Origin: a virus | Taxonomy: Duplodnaviria > Caudoviricetes | Length of the DNA: 33,819 nt | IMG/VR virus record: IMGVR_UViG_3300002092_000121 | Span: 1 to 33,819 of that record | Direction: 5' to 3' (one strand) | Part shown: one piece after another, positions 8,721-16,231 of the stretch | How the letters are laid out: each line of letters opens with the position of its first letter | Numbering within the stretch: the first letter of the stretch is position 1 | Notes under the pieces: model-generated | Told to the model about the DNA's origin: nothing | The model's database searches: none | What the model saw: only the letters and a program-made list of their open reading frames with translations | Translations under genes and position numbers: made by a program

Positions 8721-10379
8721 ATGGCACAAACGGGCTACACTCCAATTTCGATTTACTATTCAGCTACAGCTACAAATACCCCTACTGCTGGAAACCTAGT
8801 TGCTGGCGAATTAGCTATTAATACTGCTGATGGCAAACTATTTTATAAAGATTCTGCTGGCGTAGTGCAAGTTATCGGCACTAAAGGTGGTGTAGGTTCA
8901 TCTACCACTACTCAAGTCTTATATAACTCTAGCGGTCTAGTAGTTGGTTCTGCCAATATGACTTTTAGCGGTACAGCACTTACATTAGCTAATGATGCTT
9001 CTATATCAGGTCTTACTGTTGGTAAGGGTGGTGGTTCTCTTGCAAATACAGTTTTTGGATATAGAGCTTTATTCAACGCAAGTAATACTGGAAACGGCAA
9101 CACCGCTATTGGAAGAAGTGTTCTTGAGTCCAATACATCAGGACAAAGCAATACTGGTGTAGGAAGCACATACAATGCAAATCCACCACTATATGCAAAT
9201 ACTACAGGCTCTTACAACTCCGCTTTTGGTGAAGGCTCTTTAGCATCAAACACCACCGCATCAGGCAACACAGCCGTAGGTTATCAATCTTCTTATAGCA
9301 ACACAACGGGAGATGGTGTTGGTATTGGTTATCAAGCTCTATACTCAAACACAACTGGTGGCTCACTCACTGCCGTAGGTTATCAAGCGTTAAGAGCAAA
9401 TACCACAGCAAATCATAACTCTGCTTTTGGTGATTCTGCATTGCTTTCAAACACCACAGGAGCAACAAATACTGCTATTGGTAAGGATTCTTTAAGGTCA
9501 AACACTACAGCCTCTAATAACACCGCAGTAGGTTATCAGGCAGGGTATAGCGGCACGACAGCACAATACAACACCTTTATGGGAACATCTGCTGGTTACG
9601 GAATTACCACAGGAGCAAGAAATACTTTTGTTGGTGCTTGGAATAGCGGTTCTACTGGTTCTGGTTCACTTGTTACAACTGGTTCTGCTAATACCATTTT
9701 GGGTGCTTACAACGGCAATCAAAACAGTCTAGACATCCGTACAGCAAGTAACTACATTGTGTTATCTGATGGTGATGGTAATCCTAGACAGATTATTGAT
9801 GGTAGTGGAATTGTAATTGTTGGTGGCGGTGTAGTTGCAAACGCAAATGCTGGTGGTGCAAGATTTCAAGTTCAACAAGCTAACAATAATTGGGTTTCTT
9901 ATGTAGGAAATACCCAAGCAACAGGCAATATTTATGGTCAGTACATAAACTTTACTGGTCAAGCACCAAATGATGCCTCTAGTATATTTTTGTATTGCGG
10001 TGATACTGTTGGTCAAAAATTTGGCGTTAAATCTAATGGCGGTATTAATAACTATTCTGCTAATAACACCAATTTGTCTGATGCTAGAGAAAAGAAAAAT
10101 ATTCAATTAGCTGGTAATTATTTAGATAAGTTATGCCAAGTTCCAGTTAAAACTTTCTTATTTAACGACCAAACAGACACAGATTTAAATCTTGGAACTA
10201 CTGCACAAGACTTACAAGCAGTTTGCCCTGAATTGGTAACTGAAGTAAATTGGGGAACTAAAGAAGAACCAAAAATGCGCTTGTCTATTTATGAAACAGA
10301 CCTTAAATATGCAATGCTAAAGGCAATCCAAGAACTTAAAGCAGAAGTAGATTCCCTTAAACAACAATTAGGAAAATAA
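8721..10379 (+). CDS. Tail fibre / receptor-binding protein with beta-helix repeats and C-terminal S74 chaperone
   Basis: Likely ATG start at 8721. N-terminal P..L..GELAINTADGKLFYK domain (Mtd-N/hyaluronidase-N like), ~14-aa NTAVGYQAL.SNTT repeats, and SDAREKKNI...AQDLQ.V.PE.V...LKAIQELK. Confidence 0.85.
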   Translation: MAQTGYTPISIYYSATATNTPTAGNLVAGELAINTADGKLFYKDSAGVVQVIGTKGGVGSSTTTQVLYNSSGLVVGSANMTFSGTALTLANDASISGLTVGKGGGSLANTVFGYRALFNASNTGNGNTAIGRSVLESNTSGQSNTGVGSTYNANPPLYANTTGSYNSAFGEGSLASNTTASGNTAVGYQSSYSNTTGDGVGIGYQALYSNTTGGSLTAVGYQALRANTTANHNSAFGDSALLSNTTGATNTAIGKDSLRSNTTASNNTAVGYQAGYSGTTAQYNTFMGTSAGYGITTGARNTFVGAWNSGSTGSGSLVTTGSANTILGAYNGNQNSLDIRTASNYIVLSDGDGNPRQIIDGSGIVIVGGGVVANANAGGARFQVQQANNNWVSYVGNTQATGNIYGQYINFTGQAPNDASSIFLYCGDTVGQKFGVKSNGGINNYSANNTNLSDAREKKNIQLAGNYLDKLCQVPVKTFLFNDQTDTDLNLGTTAQDLQAVCPELVTEVNWGTKEEPKMRLSIYETDLKYAMLKAIQELKAEVDSLKQQLGK

Positions 10380-10380
10380 A

Positions 10381-10596
10381 ATGTTAGAACTAACACCTGA
10401 ACAAGAAGTACAACGCAGTTACGATGCCGCAATGGATAGCGTAAATTTACTTAACGCTGGCAAGCCTGAAGATATGACTGATGAAGATTGGGCTAGTTGC
10501 GTAGCTAGAAATAAAGAACACCTTTCCATACAAATTGCTAAAGGTGACTACTATGCTGGGCATGATTTAACTCCGTTTAAAGATGCTGTAAAATAG
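10381..10596 (+). CDS. Small tail-fibre-associated hypothetical protein
   Basis: 71-aa ORF directly after the fibre gene. Confidence 0.65.
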   Translation: MLELTPEQEVQRSYDAAMDSVNLLNAGKPEDMTDEDWASCVARNKEHLSIQIAKGDYYAGHDLTPFKDAVK

Positions 10597-10621
10597 TTTT
10601 TTAACCACAAGGAGAAATGAC

Positions 10622-10843
10622 ATGGAAAACATAAAGAAAAACCAAGTCACTATTGACGATGTAGAGTACGCATTTGAGGACATGAAGCCTGAACAACAAA
10701 CTATGGTCAATCATTTAATTGATTTAGACCGCAAAATTGGCTCAACACAATTTAATTTAGATCAACTCAATGTAGGTAAACAAGCGTTTTTAACAATGCT
10801 TCGTGAATCTTTAGCCAAAAAAGACGAACCATTGGTTCAATAA
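10622..10843 (+). CDS. Small coiled-coil protein (possible fibre chaperone)
   Basis: AGGAG SD. VTIDDVEY..EDM followed by a heptad helix. Confidence 0.65.
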   Translation: MENIKKNQVTIDDVEYAFEDMKPEQQTMVNHLIDLDRKIGSTQFNLDQLNVGKQAFLTMLRESLAKKDEPLVQ

Positions 10844-10847
10844 AATC

Positions 10848-11054
10848 ATGTCCGAAATAGACCTTTTTAAATACGGCCAATTAGTAGCACAAGTAGATGC
10901 TATGGAAAAGAAAATAGATAAACTTGAAAGTGGCATGGAACAATTATTGGAATTGGCTAATAAAGGTCGCGGTGGATTTTGGGCGGGTATGATAATCGTA
11001 TCCGCACTTTCTACATTTATTGGGTTTGTTTCACATTACATCAGCACAAAATGA
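10848..11054 (+). CDS. Membrane protein, holin/antiholin-like
   Basis: Coiled coil plus one C-terminal TM helix, at the start of the lysis cassette. Confidence 0.6.
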   Translation: MSEIDLFKYGQLVAQVDAMEKKIDKLESGMEQLLELANKGRGGFWAGMIIVSALSTFIGFVSHYISTK

Positions 11055-11236
11055 AAAAGTCTTACCAAAGTAAAACGATGTGGTTTTCGTTTCTTTTGGT
11101 AATTTTTGGTGCTTTGTTTGATAATTTTTCATACCTTCAATCGGTTATAAGCGATAAATACTATGGCGTTCTTTTGGTTAGCATTGGTGTTGTTGTCGCT
11201 ATATTGCGCTTTATCACTACTGGGCCTATAAGATGA
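11051..11236 (+). CDS. Putative holin (two TM helices)
   Basis: ATGA-coupled start at 11051. SKTMWF...LRFITT.P motif and two hydrophobic segments. Confidence 0.65.
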   Translation: MKKSYQSKTMWFSFLLVIFGALFDNFSYLQSVISDKYYGVLLVSIGVVVAILRFITTGPIR

Positions 11237-11631
11237 TTGATTATGTCAAAATTTCAATTCTTGCTGCTATATGTGCTACTGTTTTTGGTAGTGGCTATTG
11301 GATGGGCTATTCACGATATATTGAATATAAAAAGCAAGTTGATATTGCCGCCAAAACGCAAGAAGCCAAAGTTGAATCAATCCAAAAACAACACGAACTT
11401 GTAACCAAAGGAATCCAAGATGAATACGATGCGAAGCTTGCTCTTATACGCCAGTATTATTCTAACGGGGTGCGCCAGCCCAGTACCAGCAGTATGTCCA
11501 ATCTTTCCAACACCGCCAAACTCTTTGATGCAAGCACCGCCTACAGCGAACTTGCTGGAAATTGCGCCCAAACTACCCTCCAATTAGTTGAATTGCAAAA
11601 GTGGATTAATGAACAAATAGGCATTAAATGA
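11233..11631 (+). CDS. Putative i-spanin (Rz-like)
   Basis: N-terminal TM segment followed by a coiled coil, in the lysis cassette. Confidence 0.55.
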   Translation: MIDYVKISILAAICATVFGSGYWMGYSRYIEYKKQVDIAAKTQEAKVESIQKQHELVTKGIQDEYDAKLALIRQYYSNGVRQPSTSSMSNLSNTAKLFDASTAYSELAGNCAQTTLQLVELQKWINEQIGIK

Positions 11632-12215
11632 CATACGACCAATTAGACAAATTGGGAATAGATCATAAGTGGTTAGGCCCTTTAGAAGAAACATTCCAAA
11701 AGTACGACATCAATACTACCAAGCGTCAGGCCTGCTTTATTGGCCAATGTATGCACGAATCAGGCGGTTTTAGACTAACCAAAGAAAACTTAAATTATTC
11801 AGCTAAAAGCTTAATGGCCACATGGCCTAGCCGTTTTCCTGACATGGATACAGCGGAAAAATACGAACATAACCCCGTTAAAATTGCATCCAAAGTATAT
11901 GCAGGTCGGATGGGTAATGTCACACCTGAAGATGCTGGTATGTACATTGGGCGCGGTCTTATTCAATTGACGGGCAAAGACAACTATAAAGCCGTTTCTG
12001 ACGCGCTTAACACAGACTTGATAACTACCCCCCAGTTAGTAGAAGAACCCCGATATGCGGCTCTTACGGCAGGCTGGTATTGGAATAAAAAAGGGTTAAA
12101 TGCGCTGGCAGATTCCAATGATATTGAAACCATGACCAAGCGCATTAATGGGGGATTAATTGGATTAGAGGACAGAAAAGCTAAAATTAATATGGCTTTT
12201 AATGCTCTAGCTTAA
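11628..12215 (+). CDS. Endolysin, glycoside hydrolase family 19
   Basis: FIGQCMHESGG, ENLNYS, GRGLIQLTGKDNY and TKRINGG motifs. Confidence 0.92.
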   Translation: MTYDQLDKLGIDHKWLGPLEETFQKYDINTTKRQACFIGQCMHESGGFRLTKENLNYSAKSLMATWPSRFPDMDTAEKYEHNPVKIASKVYAGRMGNVTPEDAGMYIGRGLIQLTGKDNYKAVSDALNTDLITTPQLVEEPRYAALTAGWYWNKKGLNALADSNDIETMTKRINGGLIGLEDRKAKINMAFNALA

Positions 12216-12291
12216 GAATTACTTTGTCGTTTAGTATCCGTTCAATTACAACGGTTTTATTACGGCACTTCCAGCGTTGATATAAGTTCAT
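12199..12291 (-). CDS. 30-aa peptide (MNLYQRWKCRNKTVVIERILNDKVILKLEH)
   Basis: Not in the ORF track. The ATG overlaps the previous stop (ATGA) at the shared junction repeat. Confidence 0.5.
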   Translation of the reverse strand: MNLYQRWKCRNKTVVIERILNDKVILKLEH

Positions 12292-12518
12292 TCTTGTGCC
12301 TTTCCAAACAATCTTTTAACAAGACTAGCCATTACTTCATATTCTTCTTGAGTCATGGTAGTTCTCATCTCGTCAAAACCTTCTAATTTAATACATAGCT
12401 GGAATTTTTCGGTAGTTAAATCGTAACCAGCTTTATAACCAAGTGCGATATTATTTGATGGTAAGAATTCTGTAGGACAGACTGTTCTTTTCCCATTTTC
12501 ACCATGTAGTATTAACAT
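12288..12518 (-). CDS. Early hypothetical protein (76 aa, MLILHGENG...GKAQE)
   Basis: Start reassigned to the ATG at 12518, which lies within the junction repeat. Confidence 0.6.
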   Translation of the reverse strand: MLILHGENGKRTVCPTEFLPSNNIALGYKAGYDLTTEKFQLCIKLEGFDEMRTTMTQEEYEVMASLVKRLFGKAQE

Positions 12519-12632
12519 TTCTCTTGTGCCTTTCTTAAAATAGGGCGAATCATAAATATCCACAAAGCATGACATACCCATCCAACAATCATTCCGTAAA
12601 TAAATTCAGTCATTTCTCTTGTGCCTTTCTTA
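12289..12632 (-). repeat. Three copies of a gene-junction repeat (TAA)GAAAGGCACAAGA(GAA)ATG
   Basis: 22-bp exact copies at 12516-12537 and 12611-12632, and a 13-bp core at 12292-12304 followed by ATG. Confidence 0.9.
12512..12613 (-). CDS. 33-aa single-TM peptide (MTEFIYGMIVGWVCHALWIFMIRPILRKAQEKC)
   Basis: Not in the ORF track. ATGA-coupled to the upstream gene and ends in ILRKAQEK like that gene. Confidence 0.6.
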   Translation of the reverse strand: MTEFIYGMIVGWVCHALWIFMIRPILRKAQEKC

Positions 12633-13230
12633 GTATTGCTCTGGCAAAATCTTTTATATCGTTAGCGTAAGGAACATCATTTAAAACATATAAATATTTA
12701 TTTGCCAATTCATCTATTTCCTCATCTGTTAGTTGCTTTCTAGCATCACAACGAATACATCCTTGTTTGCAATACTGGCAGTCTGTGTCTTGTTCTTTTA
12801 CTGGATGATGGAATTTATGGGCTTTCCACCCTTCTTCTTTGCCAGCTTCAAAACCTTTTTTAAACTGTTCGTTTAGTTCTTTTACTGGATGGGCATAGAG
12901 TGGAATGGTGTAAGCACCTTCTTCTCTATCGTGTTCTTCAGGGCAAATTGAATCGTAAATACCACCATCTTTATCCAACATACCCCACGCTACTGGTTCA
13001 TTGTTACTCTCCCGCTCTTGCTTCATTCCAAACTCCCTGCCTGCCTCAAAGCCACCGGCGTGTGCCATTGACTCGTAGTGGCTTTGCTTTTCAATCATGC
13101 GCTCGATGCGTCGGTTTAAATTTTCTATTTCAGCTTGTTGCTGGCGTAGCATGGTGGCGGCTTGTCTATATGGGCTATTTTCGCTATCAGTAATATCTTC
13201 CAAATAAACAGCTAATTCATTTGCGTTCAT
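12610..13230 (-). CDS. Mosaic early protein (Eaa/Ead/DUF551-like modular type)
   Basis: Short modules MNANELA, ATMLRQQQAEIE, EPVAW, IPLY.HP, CxxC-x3-CxxC, LTDEEI, FARAILRKAQEK. Confidence 0.65.
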   Translation of the reverse strand: MNANELAVYLEDITDSENSPYRQAATMLRQQQAEIENLNRRIERMIEKQSHYESMAHAGGFEAGREFGMKQERESNNEPVAWGMLDKDGGIYDSICPEEHDREEGAYTIPLYAHPVKELNEQFKKGFEAGKEEGWKAHKFHHPVKEQDTDCQYCKQGCIRCDARKQLTDEEIDELANKYLYVLNDVPYANDIKDFARAILRKAQEK

Positions 13231-13538
13231 TGTAAAACCCTCACGGTCGGTACAATCGGTGGGCTAAATGGCACGGTGTACAAAGTTGTACCTGTTACGC
13301 TAGTGGTTACACCTTGTGGTGTTTGAATAATAACTTGATTAGGGTACAAAGTAGCCGTTTGGGTAGTTACCCCTGCTGCGTTTACAAACTGGGCCGTATT
13401 GCCCTGTATTTGGACTGATCCTACATTGTTGCCGCGATTGTCCGTCATCGGATAACTTTGTGCTTTAGCTGGTACACCGTATGCAAACATCGCGCCCAGT
13501 ACAGCTCCTAGTAAACAAGCTCCTAAAAAATCTTTCAT
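13227..13538 (-). CDS. Exported/membrane-anchored early protein
   Basis: AAGGA SD before ATG 13538. Signal-peptide-like N-terminus (MKDFLGACLLGAVLGAMFAYGVPAKA/Q) and beta-rich mature part. Confidence 0.65.
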   Translation of the reverse strand: MKDFLGACLLGAVLGAMFAYGVPAKAQSYPMTDNRGNNVGSVQIQGNTAQFVNAAGVTTQTATLYPNQVIIQTPQGVTTSVTGTTLYTVPFSPPIVPTVRVLQ

Positions 13539-13558
13539 TTTGATTCCTTTTGTTGGGT

Positions 13559-13627
13559 GGCAGGCCAAGGTCTTTTTAGTTTGAAATCCCTGCGGGCCAT
13601 AAAGCTGAATAGTGTCAATGACCTGCC
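13559..13627 (-). ncRNA. Candidate structured intergenic RNA
   Basis: 9-bp closing stem GGCAGGUCA/UGGCCUGCC around a 51-nt interior, filling the intergenic space. Confidence 0.4.
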
Positions 13628-13632
13628 GTTGT

Positions 13633-13911
13633 TTATCTTGCTGTTACTTTTAAAGTAATAACAGCGGATGTTTTGGTATGTTTTTCAATTAATGCTGCTG
13701 GTACATTGGCTTCTGCAAATACAGCTTTGTTATCTACAGTTTTGCGTTGTGACAATGTTACGCAAGCTTTGTACAAGTTACCCTCAATGTGGCCTTCTTC
13801 CTGCTTTAATTCTACTTTGATGGCTTCTGCTTGTGCTTCCAAGTCTGCGATTTGGGCTAACAACATACCTAGTGTATCTACTTTGGTAACTGCGATGTCT
13901 AATAATTGCAT
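13633..13911 (-). CDS. Early hypothetical protein (coiled coil plus beta C-terminus)
   Basis: AAGGA SD before ATG 13911. First gene after a leftward promoter. Confidence 0.7.
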   Translation of the reverse strand: MQLLDIAVTKVDTLGMLLAQIADLEAQAEAIKVELKQEEGHIEGNLYKACVTLSQRKTVDNKAVFAEANVPAALIEKHTKTSAVITLKVTAR

Positions 13912-13953
13912 TTTGATTTCCTTTTCTATATCACTCCCCAATGGAGTAACTAC

Positions 13954-14026
13954 AGTTTAGTTAAGGTATCTTAACAATGCAAGGATTATTTTATAGGGAT
14001 ATACCCTAGTATGTAAAAAAACAACA
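13954..14026 (-). promoter_or_regulatory. Leftward sigma70 promoter with operator TTAAG-GTAT-CTTAA in the spacer and upstream boxes
   Basis: Minus strand TTGCAT-17 bp-TAAACT. Palindrome at 13961-13974, TAGGG-N5-CCCTA at 13994-14008. Confidence 0.7.
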
Positions 14027-14113
14027 GGGCAGTATTTAGCAGTTATTAGCTGTTAGGTGGAAAGCCGCAAAAACCCTAACTTACTGCATCCTACTATGGC
14101 GGCTTAACGCCCT
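14026..14113 (-). ncRNA. Candidate pseudoknotted RNA
   Basis: Four nested stems plus a 7-bp loop-bulge pairing AAGCCGC/GCGGCTT. Strand inferred from operon direction. Confidence 0.5.
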
Positions 14114-14114
14114 T

Positions 14115-14152
14115 AAAAAAGTTGGGGTACTCACTCCTTTACGCTTTCCCCC
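14115..14152 (-). terminator. Hairpin with loop-E/bulged-G-like internal loop followed by a U-tract
   Basis: Minus strand GGGG-GAAA-GC...GU-GAGUA-CCCC-AAC-UUUUUU, just after the exonuclease stop. Confidence 0.45.
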
Positions 14153-14167
14153 GTTCCCGTGAAGGAA

Positions 14168-14929
14168 TTAGATATTGTTCTTGATCTGATAGACCCGTAA
14201 CAAATGTTGGAAACACTCCCAGCCATTTTGTAGCTGGGGTTCTTCCACCTCTACCAATTTTACTTGGTTTGTAGTGCCGTTGACAAATACTATGGCGCAC
14301 CGCGCTCTAGGCAAGTTTAGGCCTTCGCGATAAGCCGCTAACTGCATTTCATGTTCAAAATATACATCAACTTTATCAAGGTCGATGTCTTTTGTCTTAA
14401 AATCAACAATATAACCCGTACCCTGCCCGTTGATGGGTTTTGCCATTAAATCGCATTTACCGCCATAACCTAACGGGTGGCCAAAAGACTTCTCTGCCAG
14501 CCAAGGTTGCTCGCCAAAAACACTTTTAAGCGTACTATCAATCGCATCAAGGTAAGCTGGTTTTTCGGGCATATACACCTGTTCAAAATAGCTTTCAATA
14601 ATGGCATGGATAGCAGTACCGCGTTCCGCAGCTTCACGGCCTGTAGCTTTACTATCTTGCATTACGCGCTTAAGCCATTCTTGTTCTTCTTCGCCATCTA
14701 GTCTAGGAAGGGTAAGAGCAGCTAAAAGGACTTGTTGCTGTTTCCATGTATCAAGGCCTGCTTTTGATAACATTCCGTTAATTGTAGTAACACTTGGCAA
14801 AAGTCCTTCTTTTCGCGCATCCCGAAGCGTTGTTGGTCGTTCGCCAGTTTTGCCGATGGTTGTATAGGCTGGAGTGCCGTTTTTAGTGTACCAATGGCCA
14901 TTTTCCTGTACCTTTTCTTTAATTATCAT
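14168..14929 (-). CDS. PD-(D/E)XK exonuclease (lambda-exo/Cas4-like phage nuclease)
   Basis: PSVTTI, RGTAIH, E...GYGGKCD, IVDFKT and QLAAY motifs. Confidence 0.88.
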   Translation of the reverse strand: MIIKEKVQENGHWYTKNGTPAYTTIGKTGERPTTLRDARKEGLLPSVTTINGMLSKAGLDTWKQQQVLLAALTLPRLDGEEEQEWLKRVMQDSKATGREAAERGTAIHAIIESYFEQVYMPEKPAYLDAIDSTLKSVFGEQPWLAEKSFGHPLGYGGKCDLMAKPINGQGTGYIVDFKTKDIDLDKVDVYFEHEMQLAAYREGLNLPRARCAIVFVNGTTNQVKLVEVEEPQLQNGWECFQHLLRVYQIKNNI

Positions 14930-14931
14930 AA

Positions 14932-15546
14932 TCAGAAAGGAATATCGTCTAGGTTAGTATCTTCAGACTTTGGGGCATCGGCTTCCCGTGCTTTCTGTCC
15001 GCGCCATTCGCTGCTTTCGGTAATCTTTTCTTTGTAATACTTTGGCAAACCATCGTATTTAGATTGGTCAAACTCCGCTAACCAAAAATGCAAAGTAGGA
15101 TTAATACCTTCAGGCTGGACACTACGCAACGCGCTAGGAACTGGGCTAATACCGCTGATGTTAGCGTATTTGCCATCTTCTGAATGGGTGATATTAACCA
15201 TACAGAATTTGCCTAGCAAACCCTTTAAATCAAAGTTTTTTCTATCTTCTGCTGTCATTTTTTTGTTAGACCAGCTTTCAAGGTCTTGACGCAATCGCGC
15301 TTGATCTCCAAGGCTAACTGTATAGCGTTTAGACACAATCAACGGTTTACCGTCATCGGTTTTTAACGGTGCGCCTGCATCGTCATCCCCATGTAATTCC
15401 CATGTCATTACTACCTTGTGCATAATTTTGGATTCACCAGCCCATTCTACGGATTGGTGGCCCAAATCAATAATGCTATACAGGCGGGCCATATGTAACC
15501 CTGCTGGGGCTATTTTAAATTCTTTTGATGTATCTGAAATAATCAT
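14932..15546 (-). CDS. Phage ssDNA-binding protein-like
   Basis: OB-fold-like body (PAG.H.AR...IIDLG.Q) and acidic C-terminal tail ending LDDIPF, the SSB-Ct motif. Next to the exonuclease. Confidence 0.75.
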   Translation of the reverse strand: MIISDTSKEFKIAPAGLHMARLYSIIDLGHQSVEWAGESKIMHKVVMTWELHGDDDAGAPLKTDDGKPLIVSKRYTVSLGDQARLRQDLESWSNKKMTAEDRKNFDLKGLLGKFCMVNITHSEDGKYANISGISPVPSALRSVQPEGINPTLHFWLAEFDQSKYDGLPKYYKEKITESSEWRGQKAREADAPKSEDTNLDDIPF

Positions 15547-15746
15547 TTTGCGCTCCTAAAAATAGTTGAAAAGTCATCAAAGACTGCTTTTAATACGGGG
15601 TTTGGTTTAACGGGTGATGGCAGGCCACACGCATAGCGTAGGTCACCAATTTCGTCTGCTGTTAAAAAGACACCGTCATCGAGGTCTTTAAAGATGCGTT
15701 CCAAATGTTGTTGGAAGCTTTGAAAGTCTTGATCTTGCTCACTCAT
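15543..15746 (-). CDS. Early hypothetical protein
   Basis: AGGAG SD before ATG 15746. ATAATG-type coupling to the SSB-like gene. Confidence 0.65.
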   Translation of the reverse strand: MSEQDQDFQSFQQHLERIFKDLDDGVFLTADEIGDLRYACGLPSPVKPNPVLKAVFDDFSTIFRSAK

Positions 15747-15785
15747 ACGAGTTCTCCTAGTTATCACGGCATATACCGTATTTAG

Positions 15786-15857
15786 ATATTAAGCCACCTT
15801 AAACAATAAAGCAACAAGTATTTTGCAATTTGTTGTAAAAATGTTAAGATAGCTTAT
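15786..15857. promoter_or_regulatory. Divergent promoters with two TTAAG-N4-CTTA(A/T) operators
   Basis: Leftward TTGCTT-17-TAATAT overlapping the operator at 15789-15802. Rightward TTGCAA(15823)-16-TAAGAT(15845) overlapping the operator at 15844-15857. Confidence 0.7.
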
Positions 15858-16086
15858 GGATACTATTTCAGCAACAGCAATTATTAAACTTCTTGGCGGC
15901 CCTACAAAAGTGTCAAAAATGGTAGGGGTTACTGTACCAGCGGTATCAATGTGGCAAAACGGGGAAATACCAATAGATAAAATGGTAATCCTTGCAGCCA
16001 CCCTAGAGAAAGAAAGTCACGGTTTAATTTCTAGGAAAGCATTGTTTCCTAAAAACTACAAAATGATATGGCCTGAATTAAATTGA
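15856..16086 (+). CDS. Cro/YdaS-like HTH transcriptional regulator
   Basis: IIKLLGGPTKVSKMVGVTVPAVSMWQNGEIP helix-turn-helix and SRKALFP..Y..IWPEL C-terminus. Divergent position. Confidence 0.85.
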   Translation: MDTISATAIIKLLGGPTKVSKMVGVTVPAVSMWQNGEIPIDKMVILAATLEKESHGLISRKALFPKNYKMIWPELN

Positions 16087-16096
16087 TGTACAATTA

Positions 16097-16220
16097 AATT
16101 ATTGAGGACTGAAACACTCGATAATTAGGGTTTTAGAGGTGACTTTGTGGGTTTAGGAAATAAGATAAGAGGTATTTCCCAAGCCGTTTCAGCATAAAGC
16201 CACCCCTAAAGCCCTTTTTT
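16097..16220 (+). ncRNA. Candidate pseudoknotted leader/attenuator RNA ending in an intrinsic terminator
   Basis: TACAAT -10 at 16089. 10-bp hairpin whose loop CTGAAAC complements the bulge GTTTCAG. 23-bp and 13-bp stems, then a T-tract. Confidence 0.6.
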
Positions 16221-16231
16221 ATTGTCAGTCC

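Noticed and set aside
8721-10379. Diversity-generating retroelement target (Mtd-N-like domain)
   Set aside because: No reverse transcriptase and no TR/VR repeat pair seen. The fibre ends in an S74 domain rather than a C-type lectin fold.
11233-11631. Embedded o-spanin (Rz1) lipoprotein
   Set aside because: I could not identify a convincing lipobox ORF by eye.
13559-14167. tRNA or known self-cleaving ribozyme (hammerhead, twister, pistol, HDV-like)
   Set aside because: No cloverleaf or T-loop consensus. Conserved catalytic cores and stem order do not match by eye.
14168-14929. Cas4 of a CRISPR system
   Set aside because: Lacks the four-cysteine Fe-S pattern and any cas context. It is an ordinary phage exonuclease next to an SSB-like gene.
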